Assembly: GCA_021730905.1 (NCBI GenBank)
Contig: JAKFYK010000025.1
Span: 81,377 to 145,376 of the forward strand
Origin: Betaproteobacteria bacterium
GTDB taxonomy: Bacteria; Pseudomonadota; Gammaproteobacteria; Burkholderiales; SG8-41
Direction of reading: 5' to 3'
Length of the DNA: 64,000 bases
Part shown: positions 58,232-64,000 of the stretch, piece by piece
How positions within the stretch are numbered: the stretch's first letter is position 1
Layout: each line of letters opens with the position of its first letter
Program-made: the position numbers and the translations under genes
Notes under the pieces: model-generated
The model's input: only the letters and a program-made list of their open reading frames with translations
Told to the model about the DNA's origin: nothing
Databases searched by the model: none

Positions 58232-60289
58232 TCAGAAGTAGTAGGTCTTGAGCACATGGAACGCGAGCAATACCGGTATCGGCCAGGCGATCAGGATGTG
58301 CGACCACAACCAGGTACGGCGTAGCCGCGCAGCACCGGCGCCCAACCGATGTTCCAGCGCAATCACGCCGCCAGCGACGGCGCCCAGCGCCACTACACCG
58401 AGAAATGACGCCATCAGCAGGAGATTCAGATTGGCCCCCAGTCGCCCGCCGGTGTGCACGGCAATACCCGCCACCGTCAACACGCCCAGCACCGCATGCG
58501 CAACGCGCCACACCGGAAAATCCCCCAGTGTGAATCGCCGTATGCGTTTTCGCAGCGACATGACGGAAAGCAGTACGGCCAAACCCAGCACCGTAAAGCC
58601 GCTCACCTGTTTCCAGAAGCTTTCGCGCCACAACATGTCCCATTGCCACGGCACCTGTACCGTGGCGGCATACGGTACGGCGACCAGCAGGACCAGCAGC
58701 GCCGTAGGCAACGCCAGCCCGCCGGCACCGAGCAAAGTTTTCCAGCCGCGCGCAGGCTCGGCGGGAGTACTCGCGCCCACCAGTTCCGTCAGCAACGGCC
58801 GGCACGACCCGCATACAGTGGAAGCGCCGGTACGAGCGGCCAGCGTTTCGACCGTGACACAACCTTCGTTCAATGCGCGCCCCAAGTCACCGCGCGTGAC
58901 GCCAGTACAGTTGCACACCGCCGTAGCTGCGGGCCACGCCACCACGCTGCCCAGTTCCTCTTCCGGCCATAGTGATCCTGTACGAATAAATCGCCACAGT
59001 TGCCACGGCCACACGTTGCGCTGGCGCATCGCTGCTTCCTGCAAGCGGCTGAGGTCGGGACATTCCCCCACAGCAACAGCGCCAATCAGGCGTCCGCGCA
59101 AGGTCACCAGCTTGCGGTACGTCGGTCCGTCGCGGTACGTCCAGGTGCGGGCAAAGTCAGGCGTTTCCTCCTCGGTAACCGGCCCCATGCTGAACACTGG
59201 CAGATCGACCACTTTCAGGCGCGTGGCAATCGTCGACCCGTTGTAGCGCGCGCGGCCGCCAGCAATAACATGCGCCGCCACCGTAGCCTGCTCCAGCCCC
59301 GGCGCCACAATGCCGTAAACGCGCTTGCGATGTTCAACACATTCCCCAACCGCATAGATATCTAGATCGGAGGTCTGCAAACTGTCGTTCACGCGTATGC
59401 CGCGCCCGATCGGCAGACCCGCCGCCAGTGCAAGTTCAGTGTTAGGTAATATGCCGGTAGCGACGATCAGCGTGTCACACTCCATGATCAGATCGCTGCG
59501 CAACTGTATGCCGGTTACCCGCACATCGCCGAGCACCTGCTTCACGCCGTCGCCCATCACCACCTTGATGCCCAGCGCTTCCACGTGAGTAAGCAGGTCC
59601 CTGGACGCCGCAACGTCGAGTTGACGCATCATCAGCCGGCTGTAATGTTCGACCACGCAAACTTCCGTGTTGAAACGCTGCATCGCGCGCGCCGCTTCCA
59701 GTCCCAGCAGGCCGCCGCCCAGCACCACGGTGCGGCGGCTGCGTACGCGGCGCGCAAGCAACTGATGCGCATCGCGCACATCGCGGAAGGTATAGACCCC
59801 GGGCAGGCGAATCCCCGGAAGATCGGGCACGTACGGACGCGAACCGGTGGCCAGCACCACCCTGGAATAGGGCTGCACAAAACCCAGGGCGTCGCGCACG
59901 CAGCGATTCTCGCGGTCTATGGCGGTGACGCGGCAACCGAAACGCCTGTCGATGTTTGCCTCTGGCGGCAACACCAGGTCGCGCGTCAATGCCTGCCAAT
60001 TCGCTTCACCGACCAGAAACGACGACAGGCGTACGCGGTTGTATGGCTCCGACGCCTCTTCGCCATACAGTACAACCCGCGTCGCCGGACTGCGGCGGTA
60101 CAATTCCTGCGCAACGCGAATACCCACGGGACCAGCGCCGATGATGACTATCGGCGCGTTGTCGTCACCGCGCTGCGCTTGCAATGACAGTACCGGTTGA
60201 GTTGCCGTTGCCAAAGTCAATCCTAAAAAAAAGCGCCCATGGCCGCCGTCACTGTCTGCGGAAATGGACGCCGTTGCCCCTTGCTTCAT
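58232..60289 (-). CDS. NirB-N-terminal-like FAD/NAD(P) oxidoreductase + BFD-type [2Fe-2S] domain fused to a C-terminal five-helix membrane domain with two H-x13-H pairs
   Basis: Start set at ATG 60289 (AGGA RBS); the ORF extends to TTG 60355. IVIIGAGPVG and TVVLGGGLLG Rossmann motifs. CNCTGV...CGSCRP. Helices with VAHAVLGVLTVAGIAVH and WSHILIAWPIPVLLAFH. Confidence 0.8.
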   Translation of the reverse strand: MKQGATASISADSDGGHGRFFLGLTLATATQPVLSLQAQRGDDNAPIVIIGAGPVGIRVAQELYRRSPATRVVLYGEEASEPYNRVRLSSFLVGEANWQALTRDLVLPPEANIDRRFGCRVTAIDRENRCVRDALGFVQPYSRVVLATGSRPYVPDLPGIRLPGVYTFRDVRDAHQLLARRVRSRRTVVLGGGLLGLEAARAMQRFNTEVCVVEHYSRLMMRQLDVAASRDLLTHVEALGIKVVMGDGVKQVLGDVRVTGIQLRSDLIMECDTLIVATGILPNTELALAAGLPIGRGIRVNDSLQTSDLDIYAVGECVEHRKRVYGIVAPGLEQATVAAHVIAGGRARYNGSTIATRLKVVDLPVFSMGPVTEEETPDFARTWTYRDGPTYRKLVTLRGRLIGAVAVGECPDLSRLQEAAMRQRNVWPWQLWRFIRTGSLWPEEELGSVVAWPAATAVCNCTGVTRGDLGRALNEGCVTVETLAARTGASTVCGSCRPLLTELVGASTPAEPARGWKTLLGAGGLALPTALLVLLVAVPYAATVQVPWQWDMLWRESFWKQVSGFTVLGLAVLLSVMSLRKRIRRFTLGDFPVWRVAHAVLGVLTVAGIAVHTGGRLGANLNLLLMASFLGVVALGAVAGGVIALEHRLGAGAARLRRTWLWSHILIAWPIPVLLAFHVLKTYYF

Positions 60290-60384
60290 CGATCCTAGCC
60301 AACACTGGCCTTCGCGCGCTCCAAACAAGCGCGCTTTCACACTGTGGTTCAGCAACCTCTATGCCAATCACTGAGGATATATAT

Positions 60385-60400
60385 TAACTATTTGATTTTA
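60385..60400 (-). repeat. 16-nt AT-rich box, copy 9 (TAAAATCAAATAGTTA on minus)
   Basis: One mismatch. Lies upstream of the redox operon, downstream of nasT. Confidence 0.75.
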
Positions 60401-60524
60401 AACATATTTAAATAATATAGACAGAAAGACCCACGAGTCGAGAAGCTCCTTATGGCACCACTCTGGCGCGATGCAACATTTCGGGGCACCAAAACCGACA
60501 GTTGGATCGCGCAGTATTCCGCGG

Positions 60525-61100
60525 CTATCCAAGCAATCTGGAAACCGCGATGACCTGTTCGGCCACCGTACCCATCGACGCACTGCGATCCATCGCCAGT
60601 TTGCGCAGCGCATGGTAGGCCTGCGCTTCGGACATTTTTCGGCCCGTCATCAATATGCCCTTGGCACGCTCCACCAGCTTGCGTTCGGACAGCTTGCTGC
60701 GGGTTTGCGCGAGTTCCGTTTGCACCGACTGGAATGCTTCGAACCGCGCGTGCGCGGCTTCGATAATGGGCTCAATACGCTCCGCGGCAAGCCCATCCAC
60801 GACGTAGGCGGTGACCCCCGCGCGCACGGCCTGACGTATGGATTCGCGCTTGGCATCTTGCGTGAACATGACGATGGGCCGCGGGCAGCTTTCGGTGATC
60901 ATGCACAAATGCTCCAGCGTGTCGCGGCTGGGCGACGCCGTATCGACGATGATGGTATCAGGCGCGTGCTGATTCACCGCGTCGTACAGTTTTCGCGGAT
61001 TGGACACTTCCGCGACGACTTCGTAGCCCAAGCGCTCAAGCATCAGCCGCAAGCCCAAAGACCGTTCCGCGGATTCATCGACCAGCATGATGCGTAACAT
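60525..61100 (-). CDS. nasT: ANTAR-domain response regulator (NasT/AmiR-like antiterminator)
   Basis: Receiver domain (IMLVDES...IIVDTASP) plus ANTAR (LSERKLVERAKGILMTGRKMSEAQAYHALRKLAMD). Confidence 0.85.
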   Translation of the reverse strand: MLRIMLVDESAERSLGLRLMLERLGYEVVAEVSNPRKLYDAVNQHAPDTIIVDTASPSRDTLEHLCMITESCPRPIVMFTQDAKRESIRQAVRAGVTAYVVDGLAAERIEPIIEAAHARFEAFQSVQTELAQTRSKLSERKLVERAKGILMTGRKMSEAQAYHALRKLAMDRSASMGTVAEQVIAVSRLLG

Positions 61101-61399
61101 GCTTTAAGGCTCGCAAAATACGTGCCAGCATGTGCCCTTGCGTGGGGCTGGGGCAGGCCTTAGCACCCGTTCAGGCAGGTGATGCAAATGGCTCTCATTT
61201 GAGCATGTTCAGGAAAAGCGCCGTGCCGATGTCAGGTGCAAGTCGTTGGCAATCTGCACGGCAAGCGGCCCCAACAACACCCATACCATGAAGCTCAGAT
61301 CACAATATAAAAACCTGCGAACAGCGTAGGCGTATGGCCCGCTTTCAAGAACGATGATTTCATTGAGGGCTGAAAGAAAATTACTAAGGGGAAATTCTA

Positions 61400-61415
61400 C
61401 AAGTATTTGTTTTTA
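61400..61415 (-). repeat. 16-nt AT-rich box, copy 10 (TAAAAACAAATACTTG on minus)
   Basis: Overlaps the nirD stop codon. Confidence 0.75.
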
Positions 61416-61781
61416 TTTATTAATATGTATATTCACCAAAACCATGCCCCCTTCAACACGCGTCGGGAATACCGCGATACGCACGTCCGCCTCTTCGAGG
61501 CACTGACCGCTGGCAAGGCTGAAATGTTGCTTGTACACGGGGGAAGCAATGACGCATTCGCCCTTCAAATCGCCAACGATGCCGCGGGACAACACGTTCG
61601 CCCGCGAGAAAGGATCGTGATTGTCGATGGCATAAACACTGTCGTCATGGAGGCGGAACACCGCGACCTGACGTCCATCCACCAGCGCACACACGCCGGT
61701 GTCGGGCACGATGTCGGTGAGTTTGCACACCGCGACCCACTCTTGCCCAATGTCCATTTGGACCTTCGGACGCGCACTCAT
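61413..61781 (-). CDS. nirD: nitrite reductase [NAD(P)H] small subunit
   Basis: WVAVCKLTDIVPDTGVCALVDGRQVAVFRL...ASPVYKQHFSLASGQC is Rieske-like NirD. Confidence 0.9.
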   Translation of the reverse strand: MSARPKVQMDIGQEWVAVCKLTDIVPDTGVCALVDGRQVAVFRLHDDSVYAIDNHDPFSRANVLSRGIVGDLKGECVIASPVYKQHFSLASGQCLEEADVRIAVFPTRVEGGMVLVNIHINK

Positions 61782-64000
61782 ACAACGGATTCCGCTTTCA
61801 TCTCGCGTTCCTCACGTTCATCCGCACGCGCAGGCCGTATCTGCCCGCGTTCGGCGACAAACACCACGTTGCGGTCCGGCTCCTCGCTGTTAACGAAGTG
61901 GCGGAAGCGCTTGAGCGTCTCCGGGTCGTTGATGGCCTTCTTCCATTCGCACTCGTAACTGTCTACGAATTTTTGCATATCGGCTTCGAGTTCGGCACCG
62001 AGGCCCAGCGAGTCCTCGCATACCACCTTGCGCACATAGTCGATGCCGCCTTCGAGGTTCTCCAGCCACGTCGCCGTGCGCTGCAAGCGGTCGCCGGTAC
62101 GGATGTAGAACATCAGGAAGCGGTCGATGTACTGGACGAGCGTCCGGTCGTCGAGGTCTTTCGCCAGCAGGTCGGCGTGGCGTGGTTTGATGCCGCCGTT
62201 GCCGCACACGTAAAGATTCCAGCCCTTCTCCGTGGCGATAATGCCGACATCCTTGCCCTGCGCTTCCGCGCATTCGCGGGTGCAGCCCGATACCGCCATC
62301 TTCAGCTTGTGCGGTGAGCGCAGCCCGCGGTAGCGGTTCTCGATATTGATTGCCATGGTCACGGAATCCTGCACGCCGTAGCGGCACCAGGTGCTGCCGA
62401 CGCACGATTTCACCGTGCGCAGCGCCTTGCCGTAGGCGTGGCCGGATTCAAAGCCCGCATCGACCAGATCCTTCCAGATCAGCGGCAGTTGTTCCACGCG
62501 CGCACCGAATAAATCAATACGCTGCGCGCCGGTGATCTTAGTATAGAGGCCGAATTTTTTCGCCACTTCGCCCAGCACGATCAGCTTCTCCGGCAGAATT
62601 TCGCCGCCCGGCACGCGCGGCACTATGGAATAGGTGCCATCCTTCTGCAAATTGGCGAGGTAGTAATCGTTGGTGTCCTGCAACGGTGCGTGCTTGGGCT
62701 TGAGGATGTATTCGTTCCAGCATGCCGCCAGTATGGAAGCCACGGCCGGCTTGCAGATATCGCAGCCGCGCCCCTGGCCGTGTTTGGTAATGATCTGGTC
62801 GAAGGTCTTCAAGCCGCCGACGCGCGTCAGATGAAACAGTTCCTGGCGCGAATACGCAAAATGCTCGCACAGATAATTTTTGACATCCACGCCCTGTTTC
62901 TTCAATTCGCTGTCGAGGATTTGCTTCACCATCGGCCCGCAGCCGCCGCACGAGGTGGCTGCTTTGGTGCCTTTTTTCAGCGCCCCGAGGCTGGTCGCGC
63001 CTGCGGCAATGGCACTGCACAGGCCGCCCTTGGACACGTTGTTGCAGGAGCAAATCAATGCCGTGTCCGGCAACGCATCGACACCCAGACCCTTGCTTGC
63101 CCCGCCTTCGCGCGCGGGGAGAATCAGGTCTTCGGGATGTTCCGGCAACGGAATCGCATTGAGCGTCAGTTGCAGCAAGCTGCCGTAGTCATTGGCCTCG
63201 CCGACCAGCACGGCGCCGAGCAAACGTTTGCGGTCGCCCGACACCACCAGTTTTTTGTAGATGCCCGACGCCTCATCGGTGAACACGTAGTTGAGGGCAT
63301 CCGGGGCCACGCCGTGCGCGTCGCCGATGGATGCCACATCCACACCCAGTAGTTTTAGCTTGGTGCTCATGTCGGCGCCGGGAAAACGCGCATCGTGTTC
63401 GCCCGTAAGATGGCGCGCCGTGACTTCCGCCATCTGATAGCCGGGCGCGACCAGACCGTAGAGGCGTCCGCTCCACAGCGCGCATTCGCCAAGGGCATAG
63501 ATGTCGGCGTCGTTGGTCTGGCAATGGTCGTTGACCGCGATGCCGCCACGCTCGCCAATCGAGAGCCCAGCCGCTTTCGCAAGTTGATCGCGCGGACGGA
63601 TGCCCGCCGAGAACACGATGAGGTCCGTTTCCAGCATGCTGCCATCGGCGAACAATAATTTGTGACGGCAGGTTTCACCCTTGACGATTTCCCTGGTCTG
63701 CTTGGAGGTATGCACCGCAACACCCAGTGCCTCAATCTTGTGGCGCAGCAGACGCCCGCCCGAATCATCCAGTTGCACCGCCATCAAACGCGGCGCGAAC
63801 TCCACCACGTGCGTTTTGAGACCCAGATCGTGCAGCGCTTTGGCCGCCTCAAGTCCGAGCAAACCACCGCCGATTACCGTGCCGACTCTTGCCTGGGAAG
63901 CCGCCATGCGTATCGCTTCCAGATCCTCGATCGCGCGGTAGACAAAGCAATCCTGCCATTCGGTGCCGGGCACCTTCGGCACGAACGGATAAGAACCGGT
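61778..64000 (-). CDS. nirB: nitrite reductase [NAD(P)H] large subunit; N-terminus beyond window
   Basis: The frame stays open to base 64000 (TGSYPFVPKVPGTE...). BFD Cys cluster CSCNNVSKG...CGGCGP and the sirohaem/[4Fe-4S] region SCVGSTWCRYG...VSGCTRECAEAQ. Confidence 0.95.
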   Translation of the reverse strand, partial: TGSYPFVPKVPGTEWQDCFVYRAIEDLEAIRMAASQARVGTVIGGGLLGLEAAKALHDLGLKTHVVEFAPRLMAVQLDDSGGRLLRHKIEALGVAVHTSKQTREIVKGETCRHKLLFADGSMLETDLIVFSAGIRPRDQLAKAAGLSIGERGGIAVNDHCQTNDADIYALGECALWSGRLYGLVAPGYQMAEVTARHLTGEHDARFPGADMSTKLKLLGVDVASIGDAHGVAPDALNYVFTDEASGIYKKLVVSGDRKRLLGAVLVGEANDYGSLLQLTLNAIPLPEHPEDLILPAREGGASKGLGVDALPDTALICSCNNVSKGGLCSAIAAGATSLGALKKGTKAATSCGGCGPMVKQILDSELKKQGVDVKNYLCEHFAYSRQELFHLTRVGGLKTFDQIITKHGQGRGCDICKPAVASILAACWNEYILKPKHAPLQDTNDYYLANLQKDGTYSIVPRVPGGEILPEKLIVLGEVAKKFGLYTKITGAQRIDLFGARVEQLPLIWKDLVDAGFESGHAYGKALRTVKSCVGSTWCRYGVQDSVTMAINIENRYRGLRSPHKLKMAVSGCTRECAEAQGKDVGIIATEKGWNLYVCGNGGIKPRHADLLAKDLDDRTLVQYIDRFLMFYIRTGDRLQRTATWLENLEGGIDYVRKVVCEDSLGLGAELEADMQKFVDSYECEWKKAINDPETLKRFRHFVNSEEPDRNVVFVAERGQIRPARADEREEREMKAESVV

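Noticed and set aside
58232-60355. Second assimilatory nitrite reductase large subunit
   Set aside because: The product lacks the sirohaem/[4Fe-4S] nitrite/sulfite-reductase half present in the genuine NirB at 61778-64000. It ends in transmembrane helices instead.
60290-60524. ANTAR dual-hairpin antitermination site upstream of the redox operon
   Set aside because: Only a 7-bp hairpin with a 7-nt loop (GCGCGCT-TGTTTGG-AGCGCGC) and no U-run terminator were found. Evidence for NasT control is insufficient.

Overview
GC-rich proteobacterial chromosome segment; gene content and order look betaproteobacterial (my impression, not a search result). Most of it is housekeeping: purB, secDF-yajC-tgt-queA, panBC, folK, pcnB, hda, purMN, rpmBG, radC, coaBC and dut. 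Three regions stand out. (1) A ~12 kb island (17877-29953) sits in tRNA-Leu(CAA), bounded by a 15-16 nt direct repeat of the tRNA 3' end and by GATGGTATC arm repeats. It carries a P4-type integrase plus the tail of an older one, and a module of secreted proteins with Ser/Gly-rich disordered tails (two FecR-like/DUF5666-like proteins, a beta-barrel porin and a small repeat protein). It also carries a riboswitch-controlled UPF0016 exporter and a ~1.8 kb ORF-free tract. That tract holds dense hairpins, eight 11-bp phased repeats, a perfect 36-nt palindrome and a triplicated regulatory/5'-end module in front of a second integrase-like gene and alpA. (2) An eight-gene minus-strand redox operon (52511-60289) lies between nirBD-nasT and an orphan Tat-NrtA-like protein. 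It encodes a NirB-like flavo/[2Fe-2S] protein fused to a dihaem-type membrane domain, an 11-haem cytochrome, a haem-bearing DUF3365-like protein and cytochrome c5. It also encodes a CuA subunit II, a haem-copper subunit I with Asn where A/B-type oxidases have the cross-linked Tyr, SCO, and a CtaG-like protein. I rate this the best candidate for an undescribed system. (3) Two families of short intergenic elements recur through the core genome: a 16-nt AT-rich box (10 copies) and long hairpins built from 7-nt periodic nGTnAGG-type repeats (4 copies). All family names come from motifs read in the translations. No database search was possible.
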